Positions 28,171 to 41,716 of a stretch of DNA of 64,000 bases are shown here, in pieces. Both the position numbers and the translations under genes were made by a program. The first letter of the stretch is position 1. Each line of letters begins with the position of its first letter. The stretch is from the human T2T-CHM13v2.0 reference genome, Homo sapiens. The stretch lies in NCBI RefSeq assembly GCF_009914755.1, contig NC_060930.1. One strand, given 5' to 3'. The notes below the pieces were generated by a model. It did not search any database and had not been told where the DNA came from. It saw nothing but the letters and a program-made list of their open reading frames with translations.

Positions 28171-28828
28171 TTACTAAGTGTAAGGTGACTGGAAGAGGAG
28201 AGATGACAGATGGCCTGCTGTGTAACTAGACCTATGATTCAGACATGTTGTAGCTCAGGAGTTGTCTGAAGGCTTTGTTTGCCATGGTCTAAGGGGATGA
28301 ATAACCCATTTTAGCCCTAAAGAAATGAGACATTAACACTTGCATAATCAAGCATTTCAACAAGCATTTGGAAGAAAAAGGTCTACTTCTACTTTAGCCT
28401 AAGATCTAAAGGCCTCAGAAGTCATTCAGCCCACCTCTTCCTCCACCCACAGAAACCCAAATGTTGTAGGCCATTTCCCGTAGAAGACACTTGCCACCTC
28501 CTGAATTCTGATTCTGTGTACTGTTTACCCATTGGCTCTAGTTCTACTTCCCGAAGCAACAAAATCAGTCTGTTTCTTCTTTCATGTGATAGGCTTTTCA
28601 AACCATTGAAGTCAGAGTTCCCATTTTGCTTGAGTTTCTGTTTTCAGGTAAAATATGTTCCATTCCATTCCTTACATGACATGGAACCCAAAGGCCGTCA
28701 CTGTCAATGTCATCTTCGGTGTATTGTTATTGTTTCTCTTAAAATGTATTCTTCAAAATGGTCATTATCTTAAGAGTGGGTATAATGTTCAAAGTGTAAT
28801 GAGGCCTCTTTTATTTAAATTTTAACCA

Positions 28829-29135
28829 GGCAGGGCATGGTGGCTCCCTCCTGTAATCCCAGCACTTCGGGAGACCAAGGTGGGGGTATTGATTGAGGTC
28901 AGGAGTTTGAGACCAGCCTGCACAACATAGCAAGACCCCGGTCTCTACAAAAACAAAAGTTAAAAAATTATCCAGGTGTGGTGGTGTGTGCCTGTAGTGT
29001 CAGCTACTTGGGAGGCTGAAGTAGGAGGATATCTTGGGCCCAGGAGGTTGAGGTTGCAGTGAGCTATGGTTGGTGTTACTGCACTCCAGCCTGGGTGACA
29101 GGATGAGACTCTATCTCTAAAGTAAATAAATAAAT
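28829..29135 (+). mobile_element. AluJ-type dimer
   Basis: Full dimer with (taaa)n tail; TSD-like aattttaa(c/t)ca. Confidence 0.92.
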
Positions 29136-29139
29136 AATT

Positions 29140-30620
29140 TTAATCAAACAGATATTTATGATATTTATTTTGAGTGTCTGTGTGCTTGGCACTATGGATA
29201 TAATAATGAACAAAATACACATAATTCTTATTCTTATAAAGCTTATGTTTGGGGAATAGTAGGGAAGTGGGGAAAATTACTTCCAAAAGAAAGCTACAAA
29301 AATTCAATTAAAAAACTCCAGGTCTGCAGATGCGTTATAGCAGATATGGCCGATTGGCATTCAGCGTCCCTCCCCACCTCCTCTGGTTTGCTTTCCTTTC
29401 CTGTATAGCCTGGTAAGCTAACACTACACTTCCCAGACTGCCATGTAAGTAGGATTCTGGATGGGAATTAGGTGCTACCAAATATATACAACTCAGGTAG
29501 GTCCTTGTTAAGAAATTTGCCCTTGTTAAGGAATTTTATTCTAAATGCAATGGAAAGCCACTGAAGAATTTTAAGCAGTAATCTAACATTTAGAGCTTTA
29601 AAAGAGGCTTACATGTCTGATAAGGCTAACCTCCCTTTACTTTATTTTTATTTTTTGAAATTTTGAAGCTATTTCTTTTGTTCAGTTACTCATCTAGATA
29701 AATTTTAGAATAATTTTATCCATTAAAAAATGTGTGAATAATTTTATTGGCTTAAACTTAAAAATTAATTTGAGAAGAAATAATTTAATGTTTCTGCCCT
29801 TAACATATTTTTCTCCACTTATATAAATTTTATATCTGTCAAAAAATTGAATAGTAAACTGAACATACCAAATATTTGTACAATAGGGAACTACTGGGGC
29901 ACTGTGAGAACTTGTAACAGTAAAATCTAAGCCAGACTCAGGATTATAGACAAGGCTTTTCAAAAGTGACATCTTGATTGGGTCATAGAGAGTGAATAGG
30001 AGTTCACTGGGCAAAGAGAGAGAGAGGTAAGGGAAGAAAGTTCTAAATGACTTGATCAACTTATAGGAAGGTCCAATAGTAAAAGAGAGTGTGGATGTTG
30101 CTTTGAAGCACTGAAAAAGTTTAACATGGCTAGCACATAAAAAGGGGGTGAAAGAACAAAATTGGAATAATTTGGGTAAACAACGATCAAATTATGAATA
30201 GCTTTGAAAACTGTATTTGGGAACTTAGATGTATATTTGGAGTTCAGATGGCAGAACCAACTTAATGTGATAATAGAAAGATAGGTATAGGTATAGGTAT
30301 AGGTATAGGTATAGTTATAGTGATGGAAAGAGAGGTATTCAATAGAATGCCTAGGCTTCTGGCTTGGGAACTGGGAGAATGGCAGCGCCTTTCACAGGAG
30401 AATAAGAGGTGAATCACATCCAGGAGGACTGAGGGATATCATGAATGCATTTTTGTACCTGTTGAATTTGAGATGCTTGGCAGGGTATAAAAATGGGAAT
30501 GTCCTACAGGTGTTTGAATTATTGATCAAAACCACAATAAAATGATATAGGTAAAGTGATTGATTTTTTGAATCATTGTGGTATTTGAAGGCATTTAAGT
30601 GGGAAAAATCAGCCAAGGAT
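29140..30620 (-). mobile_element. Scattered L2 relics with an old ERVL-LTR-like piece (~29335-29480)
   Basis: aggaattttattctaaatgcaatggaaagccactgaagaattttaagcag and ggcttctggcttgggaactggg...tgttgaatttgagatgc are typical reverse-oriented L2. Confidence 0.5.
30281..30320. repeat. (ATAGGT)n hexanucleotide repeat
   Basis: ataggtataggtataggtataggtataggtatagttatag. Confidence 0.9.
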
Positions 30621-31999
30621 CGTGTGAGGATCAAGAAGCACAATAAAAACAACATGGATTTTAGAACCTCTGCTCTGAACCCCAAGGATGACCTCAGTGG
30701 GCTCAGAATTCCCATTACACTGGAGATCCATACCATGCTCATGGAAACCTTCTGGTATGTTTCATACTAGGCGATCTGGTTGCAAGCAGCAGATAATTAA
30801 TTCCAATTAATTTACGATTTTTTTTTTTTTTTAAAGCATGGGCTCAAAGAACCAGGAGCCAGGAGATTCCAGGTAGACTTCAAACATTACTGTGTCCAAA
30901 AACTCAAACACTGATGTGCTTATTTGCGATTTGCAACATTCTACGTGAAGGCTCTTTCTACATGGTAGAAAGATGAACCCCAGCTGACCCAGCTTACCTC
31001 CTCAAAGCTTAGCAATATTGGTGGAAAGAATATTGCTCTCTCCAAATGTACTTATATTAATCCTGGAGAAGATACCTATTAACCCTGTTTGTCTTATGCC
31101 AACTGTAATTCAATTTCTGTGCCCAGGAGAATGAAGCATTGTCACTGGTCATCTTGGATCAGGAATTCTAAGACAATTGAAATTCTTAAGATCCACACCA
31201 GGACTTCTGAGTCAGAATAGCTGTGAAAGAGTCCCAGGAGTATGAATTTTTAAGAGCTGCTAAAGTGATTCTTATTGAAGGTGTGCACAGATTGTGTTTT
31301 GAGAAACACCACAAGCTCCAGACCTGGCTTGAACAGAATGTTGCCTAAGAAGAGTCAGGTTTGCACCCTGACAGTCTTGGTGAATTGGAAAATGTTTGGA
31401 TGGACTTGAATAGACTTGGGTGGTCAAATCTGGACTGAATTACATTCTTAGATATATAACCAGGCAACTCACATGTCAGTCTTCTGTGTACAGTGTGTGG
31501 AGCCTGCTTCCTGTGTTATCCACTACTTGTTACATCAGATCTCAGTTTTCTGCGTTCAATCCTTTCATGCCGTTTCAGATCCCTAATGGTGCATTTCCAA
31601 AAATGCTACACTGTGCCTGCCCACCTAAACCCTCACAGTCTCTCTGCCTCACCTTTTTGCTGCCACACAATCTACCTGTCAATATCTCCGAAGCCAGCCT
31701 GCTTTGTGACTCTTTAATCTCATGCTTTACACTTCTGAACCTGGGCTACAGGCCTGGAATATATTTTCGTGTACTACTCAATAGCACTGTCCTAAGGTGA
31801 AAGGCAAACTGGGCATTTAAAGAGTCCACAATTGCAGGAGAAATAGAAATTGTCACTCTTTTTCAGGATAAAACATCTCATATAAAGAACGTGAGAATAA
31901 AGACTCACCAGACCTCAACTTCCAAAGCCACACTTGGATAAAAATAGAAAAAAGACTGCAAATGCCATGCTAAATTCTCTATATGTTTGGTCTTTCATC

Positions 32000-32265
32000 A
32001 TTTTTCAGCTCTATTTAGCTATAATTGACAAATAAAAATTAAACATATTTAAGGTGTATCGTGATGTTTTGATAGTTGTTTACATTCTGAAATGATTAGT
32101 ACAATCAAGCTAATTAATGTATCTATCACCTCAACATCTCACATTTTTTGGTGTGTGGTGAGAACACTTAAATTCTACTCTCTTAGCAAATTTCAAGTAC
32201 TGCATACAATTCATTGCTATTATCTGTAGTCACCATGCTGTACATTAAATCTCTAGAACTCACCC
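32000..32265 (-). mobile_element. L1MA/MB 3' end fragment
   Basis: ataattgacaaataaaaatt...caatcaagctaattaat...gtggtgagaacacttaaattctactctcttagcaaatttcaag. Confidence 0.7.
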
Positions 32266-33298
32266 TATAATGGCAAGTACTTGTTAACCAAGCTGCCATC
32301 TTGGGAGAAAGAAGACCCAAAACTGACCTGCAATCTAAAAAGAAAATGACTCCACTTATGAGAACCCTGATGGGGTCAACGCAGCACATATTGTAAGTGG
32401 GACAATGAATGAAATGGTGTCAGGGCTTCGTGACCTCACACCATCAGAATATGTTTCACCAGGCAATGGGCAGGCTCTCAGAATGCTACCAAATATGTGT
32501 TGAAAAGAGGTTTGAGCAATTGCTCTTATGTGAGAATGCTGTGAAAACACAGCTTTTTTCAGCTTCTAACTTTTCTGGATATTAAACTCACTCTGCTATA
32601 CTTTGCATATTCTTCTCTTCTTTCTAGTTGTTGGGCTGGTGCCAGAGGATAAGTTATGAGAGCTCTCACCCAAATCATTTAAGGACCTTTATTCTATACT
32701 TTGTTCCTGACAGTTAAGTGACATTTTTTTTCAAAGGACTTAAATTAGCAAGATACTACTTGGGGATTATCTTATCCTATATTATCCTGCTTTTCTCCTC
32801 CCTGTATTCTCTCTGTTGAAATTGATCTTAAATCTGGCCCTCCTTGCCTCTGGAGAGGAAAAGGCAGGATAAATTCAGAAATTCTAGCTTTTATTTTCCA
32901 AATCCTAAACTCTGGAGGGAGGAACAAATTTGTGGACTCAGGTAAAGAAACCTTTATACGCATGGCGGGTAAAGGATTCAACAAGATAAGAAATATTCTC
33001 CAGGGCCCAGGGCTGTGAAGAAAGAGCTGCCAGAGAGACAGAAAGACCTCTGAGGGTCCGTGGGTCCCAAGAGCAGAAGGGACTAAGGCTTGGCCTTTTA
33101 TGGCAAGACCATGGAGACCAAGGTTTTGTGGGTTCTCTAACCAGGGTCATAAATCCAACGTGCCTAGTTTCTTGGTAGGTGACATAAACATGGGAATCGG
33201 GTTTGGAGTGATGCAACTGAGAGACCAGTAGGGCTGGTGCAAAACTCTGGAGTGTGTGTCCTTCCGGAAGGCAATCCAATTCCACATTTAAGACTACT

Positions 33299-33460
33299 GG
33301 CTGGGCGCTGTAGCTCACACCTGTAATCTCAGCACTTTGAAAGGCCATGGTGGGAGGGTCATTTGAGCCCAGGAGTTTGAGACCAGCTTGGGCAACATAA
33401 TGAGACCCCATCTCTATTTCTCAAAAACACAAAACAAAATAAAACAAAGTAAATTTTAAA
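33299..33460 (+). mobile_element. Alu left monomer (FLAM_C-type)
   Basis: ggctgggcgctgtagctcacacctgtaat...gagaccccatctct plus A-rich tail; TSD-like aa(g/a)actactg. Confidence 0.9.
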
Positions 33461-33799
33461 ATAAAACTACTGCGTGGGTGAATAAAATGGATCTTTTGTA
33501 CCTGAAAAAGTTTTGATTTATGTTCCAGGAGCCACACTGAGCGGGACAATGTGTATTTAGTCTGAACAGATTATTAAAGTCCAGGGGCCCCCAGTGCCTA
33601 GATGTCATATAAGCTGCCAAACATCATTGCTAACTCAGTGTGGAATGGGAAGGATGGAAGCTTTGCAATGACCCATAGACATTTCAGGATGAGGCTTAAA
33701 ACAGAGATTGCATTGAGTTATCAAAAATTTCAAAAGCTGTGGTACACCTGTTGTGGGCTGTTACTCCTGTCACCAGAGATATGTCCAGGATAGCTTTAG

Positions 33800-34030
33800 C
33801 TTTGACAGTGTAAATCCTGGTGCTACTAATAACCAGCCATGTGATCTCAGAAAAGTTATTATATTTCACATCTCAAGCCTCAATTTCCTAATCTATGAAA
33901 GGGGAACAAGAGTAACACCCTCTTAAAATGTTGCTGGATTAACTGGGACATTTTAAGTCAAAAACCTAGAACAATGCTTGTCTCCTAATAAGCAGGCACT
34001 CAGATTGTAACTCTTGGTACCAATAATGCT
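33800..34030 (+). mobile_element. MIR relic
   Basis: aaatcctggtgctactaataaccagccatgtgatctcagaaaagttat...gcctcaatttcctaatctatgaaagggg. Confidence 0.55.
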
Positions 34031-34481
34031 GATGCCTTGTGCTTAGAGAGAATTTGGTGAAATAGTAATTGTGAACTTTCCTTGTATCAATATTCAAGAT
34101 GTCAATACATTAATTCTCTTGTCCCTTGAGATCGTTTCCCGTCTAGCTCCTTGCAGGTTCATGTAAAAACACTCCTACAGACTCTCCATAGGCTCTCCAG
34201 ACATCTCAGACTCCCTTGAATCTTAGGTTTAACACAGCTTAGGACTAAGCTGGGGTTCTTACTACAAATTCTGATAAACTTGGGCTTCAATCTACAGGCT
34301 AGAGGAAATAATAAAGTTTCACTGAAACTTAATCAAGGCATGTCTATGTGGTGCTAAGTGGCTGTGGTCTACATGTGTAGTCTTTTGAGATCCTAATTTG
34401 ATTCAAGTCCAAAAGTTAGAATATCCACAGAAGTGGAAGAATAGATATTCCTTATACCAAAAACTTTACAGCACACATAAG

Positions 34482-34483
<2 letters not shown>

Positions 34484-34518
<35 letters not shown>
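34484..34518. repeat. (TG)n microsatellite
   Basis: About 17 TG units at the tail end of the adjacent Alu. Confidence 0.95.
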
Positions 34519-34520
<2 letters not shown>

Positions 34521-35133
34521 CTTTGAGACAGGATCTCACTCTGTCACCCAGGCTGGAGTGCAGTGGCGCAGCCTTGGCTCACTGCAACCTCCGCCTCTTG
34601 GGTTCAAGCTATTCTCCTGCCTCAGCCTCCTGCAAACCTGGGATTACAGGTGCCCATCACCACACCCTGCTAATTTTTGTATTTTGGTAGAGATGGGGTT
34701 TTGCCAAGATGTCCAGCTTCCATCCTTCCCATTCCACACTGAGTTAGCAATGATGTTTGGCAGCTTATATGACATCCAGGCACTGGGGGCCCCTGGACTT
34801 TAATAATCTGTTCAGGCTAAATACACATTGTCCCACTCAGTTTGGCTCCTGGAACATAAACCAAAGCTTTTTCAGGTACAAAAGATCCATTTTATTCACC
34901 CACACAGTAGTTTTATTTTTAAATTTATTTTGTTTTTGAGAAATAGAGATGGGGTCTCATTATGTTGCCCATGCTGGTCTCAAACTCCTGGGCTCAAATG
35001 ATCCTTGACAGGGTCTTGAACTTCTGGGCTCAAATGATCCTCAATGGGGTCTTGAACTCCTGCCCTCAAGTGATCCATCCACCTCAGCCTCCCAAAGTGC
35101 TGGGATTACAGGGGTGAGACACCACTCCCAGCC
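34519..35133 (-). mobile_element. Alu (J/S-type) interrupted by an inverted templated insertion
   Basis: Right arm and linker 34519-34714, foreign insert 34715-35005, Alu 5' part resumes ~35048-35133. Confidence 0.88.
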
Positions 35134-35508
35134 TGTGTTCTTTAAAGTTCCACCTGAGTCTCTTCCCTTATTCTTGATTAGAGACGAAGTAGGTCTGTCC
35201 TTTCATCTCTTCCTGGGGGAGGTATCTAATTCTGTGCCTTCAGTTTCCATCTTAAAAAGTTATAGTGTAATCAAAATCATTCCCATCTTTCCATTTTTTC
35301 AACTCACACATCCTGTCTTCAAGCCTTCTCACGTCTTCATGTCAGCATCTTTTAAACCTGATCATGTTCCCACCTTGCCATTGCCCCAAACAACAAACTT
35401 CAGATTCCAATTATCTCTCACTGAGATCTGAGGTCACCTCTGGCTGGGCTTCTTGTCTCTCATCTTGGCTCCCTCTAATCCCTGTTGCAGCCAGATTGAT
35501 TTTTAAAA

Positions 35509-35727
35509 CAGAGGTCAGCAATTTCTGAAAAGGGCCAGATCATAGTTATTTTAGACTTTGCAGGCCCCATGTTCTCTGTTGTAACTATTCAAATCTACAA
35601 GTTGTAGCACTAAATCAGCCATAGACAATATGTAAATAAATGGGCACAGATGGGACTCAATAAAACTGGTTACAAAACAGGCAGCAGACCAGATTTGGTT
35701 CTGGAGGCCATAGTTTGCACATCTCTG
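35509..35727 (+). mobile_element. MER58A-type hAT DNA transposon
   Basis: cagaggtcagcaa...aagggccagat...cagccatagacaatatgtaaataaatggg...gccatagtttgc...ctctg. Confidence 0.78.
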
Positions 35728-35852
35728 TTGTAATATAAATCTGGTCATATTCTTATTGCCTTTAAGATAAATGACTTATTATTGAAAACAGCTTATAAGC
35801 CCAGCCAGACCTCTTAGCATCTACCTCCATCACAAACTCAGCTCTAGCTCTA

Positions 35853-36292
<440 letters not shown>

Positions 36293-36788
36293 CTATCCTT
36301 AGTAAAACTGCGGTCTTAGGCAAGCCTCAGTTTCTTTATTTGTGAAAGTAAATAATTACATTGTCTGGAGATAATATTATCTGCCTCTTACATAATTCAT
36401 TTGCTTAAACATAAGTGGCATAGTGGAATAAAAACACTCATAAACTGTAAAGTGTTGTATAAATGTCCTTCTTGCCTAAGTAGGCTTGGCCAGTCCTCAC
36501 CTCTCCCTTGTCCCTGTTCATGCTGTCTCAGCTGGTGCTCTCTCTGTTCTTTCTCTCCACGGCTATCTGCTTTTTGGCAGTACAGAACAGCTGCAGCCAG
36601 CTCAGCGGCGCCCCCAGAGGGTTCAGTCCTCCTATGCCCTCCTTCAACTGACCTACTTGTTCCTTTTTCAGAGCAGGCCCCTCCCATTTTCCTACTCAGC
36701 CTCAAATCTGGTGATGGGAGTCCCGACCCCAGCTCTAGCCCCATTTCTGGAGCAATTTCTCATTCTCATGAGGACTAACTGGAAATTA

Positions 36789-36791
<3 letters not shown>

Positions 36792-36854
<63 letters not shown>

Positions 36855-36862
36855 TGTATGTG
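36792..36862. repeat. Compound (CT)n(GT)n microsatellite
   Basis: CT run followed directly by GT run. Confidence 0.95.
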
Positions 36863-37879
36863 TTGACAGAGGTGGTGATAGACAAAGAAAAAATTAGGTT
36901 ACACACTATTTCTGGCTCTCCCTGGTTCCCTCACTGTCTCAGGGAAGGAAGAGCACATTTTCCAATAGAGGAATTATGGAATGAGCAGATGTAGTAAGTA
37001 AAAACAAGTCACATCGATGCATAATTTATAGATCATATATTCCCTCTGTGAGCCTGGGGATTATTTCCACCTATTTGCAGCGCCAGAATGAGGTCCATAC
37101 TTAAACATCAAATACGACCTTATATTCTTTTATTTGCTTTTTTTTAAAAGCTGTTTTATACCTTCTAACTTTGGGTCTTTAAAAAATTCTCTGACTCATT
37201 CAAGCTGCTTAATGCACCGTACTGAAATTTCCGACAGGCATCAAAAGCACAGGGAACTAATCTTCCACATCCTTTAAAGAAACAGCAGCTCTCACATCTG
37301 GGCACGGGGATCAACTACGCAGGAGGACACTATAAAAGAAAATGCCAAGGCACAAGGCACAGATGTTTTTTCTTTGCTGCCTGGAACTAGATGAAGTTAC
37401 TTTTTAATGACAGAGAACTAGAAAATGCACTTTTAAAATACTTTATACAAGATTCACTTTTTGGGTTACAAAATTACTAAAAGTATGACAGGTGTTTACA
37501 TAAATAACATTTATCTACTGTGAGAGGTACTTCTTACAAAGCATCCTTTGTTTACATGTAAATTTCACATTGTAACATTTTCACAGAGGAGGAAGTTCTG
37601 TAGGGGTTTCTGTAATTGATTTTCATTTCAAACTTGATTAGAAATTCACTCAATTGTCCTAATTATTCTTTTTTCATGTTTGAAAAACTTTCTATATTCC
37701 TTTATGTGAATTAATTGGCTATAGGAAAGCTTCTAGACCCTGCATTATGCCAAATAATATATATATCCTAAATATTATGTTAAATACTAAATTGTAAAAC
37801 ATGTGGCTACCCAATCTATTATTAGAATTCCTGAGCAACTTGAAAAAAAAGCTATGATCCTTTTAAGTTTCTGAATGGA

Positions 37880-38320
37880 TATAGAGGCTTCATTATTAAG
37901 CAGATATAAAAAACATGCACGTATCTGACAAAGCCAAAAATGTATAAGGCAAACATTTATGGAATTAAAGGAAGAAATAGATAGTTCTACAATGATTATT
38001 GAATACTTCTATACCCTACTTTCTGTAATGGACAGAACAACTAGACAGAACAGAAATAAGGAAATTGAGGACCTGAACAACACTATAAACTATACCTAAA
38101 ATATATATATAAAATATTTCAACCCAGACCAGCAGAAAACATATTTGTCTCAAGTGCACATGGGACATTCTCCAGGATAGACCATATGTTAGAACACAAA
38201 ACAAGTCTCAACAAATTTCACAAGTTTGCAATTACCATGAGTAATCAATAACAGAGGAAAACTGGAAAATTCACAGATTTGAGGAAAGTAAATAAAATAC
38301 TCTTAGCACAACTCAACCCA
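37880..38320 (+). mobile_element. Old L1M ORF2 (endonuclease region) fragment
   Basis: gaaatagatagttctacaat...aatggacagaacaactagacaga...ctcaagtgcacatgggacattctccaggatagaccatatgttag. Confidence 0.75.
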
Positions 38321-39399
38321 TAACAAGAAGGATTGTTGTCCCTCAATTCCAGTTAGAAAGCAAACTGGAGAATAACTCTTATGGCCCAATTGTAGATCAG
38401 GTGATGCCCTTGGGCCAGTCAGCTGTGGCCAAGGTAGTGGATCTGCAAGAAGATGGTGAGTCCTGTTATAACAACACCATGGAGTCTGGATGATTTCCCA
38501 CAGCAAGTAGGGGATCTGCACAGACAATATCCTAGACCCACACACTGATAGTGGTTTGTATAAAGTCAAAAGAATTCAGAGGAAGTGAATATTTGAGACA
38601 CATGTGGAGAAAAGGGAGGCTGGTGAGATAAGAGAAGGTGTCATCTGTTGCTCCGCTGGGCTAGGGGAAGATTTGAGCTGGACTGCCTGGGAAGTGTGAG
38701 TCTCCGCACCTGCCAGTGAACCTGAGAGTGGGTGTATCCAAATGTGTTATTAGAAAGACATGGCCTGAGCTAAACATTGACAGTTGAAGTACAGAGGAAA
38801 ATGAGTTGAGGAACCTAGGGAAAATATGAGAAGCAAAGAGGCACAGCTTAGATAAACACTAGAGTTGGGACTGTTGCCTGGGAAAATATATGTCCATATT
38901 TCTAGGTGCATACTTCTAGATGCATATGGGAATGAGAGGCTACTTCCAATAGAGAGACCCAGAACAGGAGTGGATGGTGGAGAGGAAGCTAGAAAGAGTA
39001 GTACCTGGAAAGTCTAGGGAGTCAGGAGTCTCAGAAGAACATGGTATCATGTTAAGAGAAAGATCAAAATATAGACTCGAATTTGAACCAGTTGGAGTTT
39101 CGTGTTAGCACTTTCCAATAAATGGGGAGAGAGAGGAGGAACAGAGAGTGCAGAACTAGATTGAAGGAAATTGAAGAGAAAATGGAAGGAGAGCAAGTGA
39201 AGATAGAATGCTTTTTCAGGAGGCTTAACTGGGACTTGGAGGAGAAAGAATAATAAATCAGGGACAAGGAATGAGGAAAACTGGGAGAGCAAGTCAGTAA
39301 GTGCTTGGTTCAGGATGGAATGTGGATGAATGTGTAGAAAAAGCAATGTGACTGGATGGTCTTGCATTTCGAGGACTGGTCAAGGATTACAGAGGTATG

Positions 39400-39660
39400 G
39401 CCATGCGCTTGGCCTCTGGAGTCAGGCTGCCTGGGCTCCAAACCCAGGCCTGTCACTTTCTAACTGTGCAACTTCAGGCCTATTTCTTAGCCTTTCCTTT
39501 TCTGAGTTTTCTCACCTCTAAAAAGAAGATAAAGACAAAGCTTACCACATGTGGTTGTTGTGAAGACTAAAGGAACTCATATTTGTAAAATGTTTAACAT
39601 AGTACCTGGAGCAAAATGAAGACCCATTAAATATAAACAAGCCATTATTATTGTTATTGT
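39400..39660 (+). mobile_element. MIR relic
   Basis: ctctggagtcaggctgcctgggctccaaacccaggc...ttgtgaagactaaagg...catagtacctgg...attattattg. Confidence 0.6.
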
Positions 39661-40163
39661 TTATCATCATCATTACTGTAAACAGACCTCAGGGTTTCAA
39701 ATGTAACTCTGGGAATGTTGCGTAAGTGATCATTCAGGCAAAGTCCCCAGTAGACTGTAGATTTTGTTGAAGACTGAGTAGGCAACATGGTAGTGTGCCC
39801 CTGAAGAAATCCTCATGCACGTCAAAAATCAAGGATGAACACTGAGAATCTTAACAGCGGTTGGTGTTTATAGTGTTTCTATATGTTAGAAACTATGATG
39901 AAGGCCTCATTTGAATACATTTACATAAAATTCTCTCTCTGTCCTCTATCCATCTATCTCCATCCTCTATTTCATCTATCACACATGTCCTAAGAATTTA
40001 TTTATAGTTTCACGTTTACACTTCTTGTGTAATCTTTTCAATCTGATTTAATTGTGGGATATACGTGAAATAAAAATATTTCATTTCTAACACCTAGAAC
40101 TTACTTTCCTCCTCTACATTTCAATTCACCTCTTCAAAACTCACACCTTTAAAATGCATATAA

Positions 40164-40496
<333 letters not shown>

Positions 40497-40587
40497 CTAT
40501 CCGTTGACCCTTTTCTATTTCAGCACTGCTACAGTTAATCTATCCATATAATATCCATATAATATGTCAATCTGCACCTCTCTAAAC

Positions 40588-40896
40588 TTTTATTATTATT
40601 ATTATTATTTTTTGAGACTAAATCTCACTCTGTCACCCAGGCTGGAGTGCAGTGGCACAATGTCAACTCACCGCAACCTCTGCCTCCTGGGTTCAAGTGA
40701 TTTTTCTGGCCTCAGCCTCCTGAGTAGCTGAGATTACAGGTGTGTACCACCACGCCCAGCTAATTTTTGTATTTTTAGTAGAGACAGGGTTTTACCATAC
40801 TGGCCAGGCTGGTCTCGAACTCCTGACTTCAAGTGATCTACCCGCCTCGGCCTCCCAAAGTGCTGGGATTACAGGCATGAGCCACCGCGCCCGGCC
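40588..40896 (-). mobile_element. AluS-type dimer
   Basis: (tta)n tail then reverse-complement Alu ending gagccaccgcgcccggcc. Confidence 0.93.
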
Positions 40897-41716
40897 CTTA
40901 ATGGTTCTTTGCATTGTACTTCTGTTCCATGTGCGTATCATATTTTTCACATTGCAAGTTCCCTGGGGAGAGGATTCTCTCTATTTCTTGTGCAACCTCT
41001 CAGAATCTATTACAATGTTCTGCAAACACACATCAGATCATACTGAATAAGTGTAAATGAAATGTATCAAAAGTAAGCCCAATAGGTTTAGGGAACGAGA
41101 ATTAGTAAAAACTGGCTTTTTCCTTACACCCAATTTTTGCCTTCTCATTCTCTCATGGTTTTAACAATATCCTCTTCTTAAAAAGAAGGGTTTATATTGT
41201 CATTGTCACTTAAAGGGGAAGACCAACAGGCCCCTTTCTCCCTTCATGTGACCTCCCTGAACATGGTTTGCAGAGTTGCTCCTCCACTTCCTTGGAGGCG
41301 GTGGAGCAGTCCAAGGGAGAGTGAATGCTCAAAGTTCCCGAGTGGTTCAGCACTGACAGGTGCTGGGTAGTTTTCCAGGCAGAATATTATTTTATTCAGA
41401 AACTGCTGAGCTTGTCTCTGTTGCTGATAATTAATAGATTCTTCTTCACTCTTGTTCAGGGAGAATTTCCCTTTTTTCTTGCCCTTGGCAGTCATCAGTC
41501 ATACTTCTTAACAACAGCTCTCAGATAAATCACCAGGAGAGAAAGAGTTAGAATAGCTCTTAGCAAACTATGGCAGGAGGAAATTCTTTTGGAAGGACTT
41601 GAAATTAGGAAATATATTAGCTTTAAATAATGTTTGGTCCTATTTTGAGAAACTTAGTGAGATATTTTCAAACATTTTAAGTGTATTTATTAACTATATA
41701 TATAATTTCATTTTTA

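Larger units (their letters stand above)
33355..35005. repeat. Inverted repeat pair 33355-33662 / 34715-35005
   Basis: Unique portion 33461-33662 vs reverse complement of 34715-34916: 7 mismatches in 202 nt. Confidence 0.95.
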
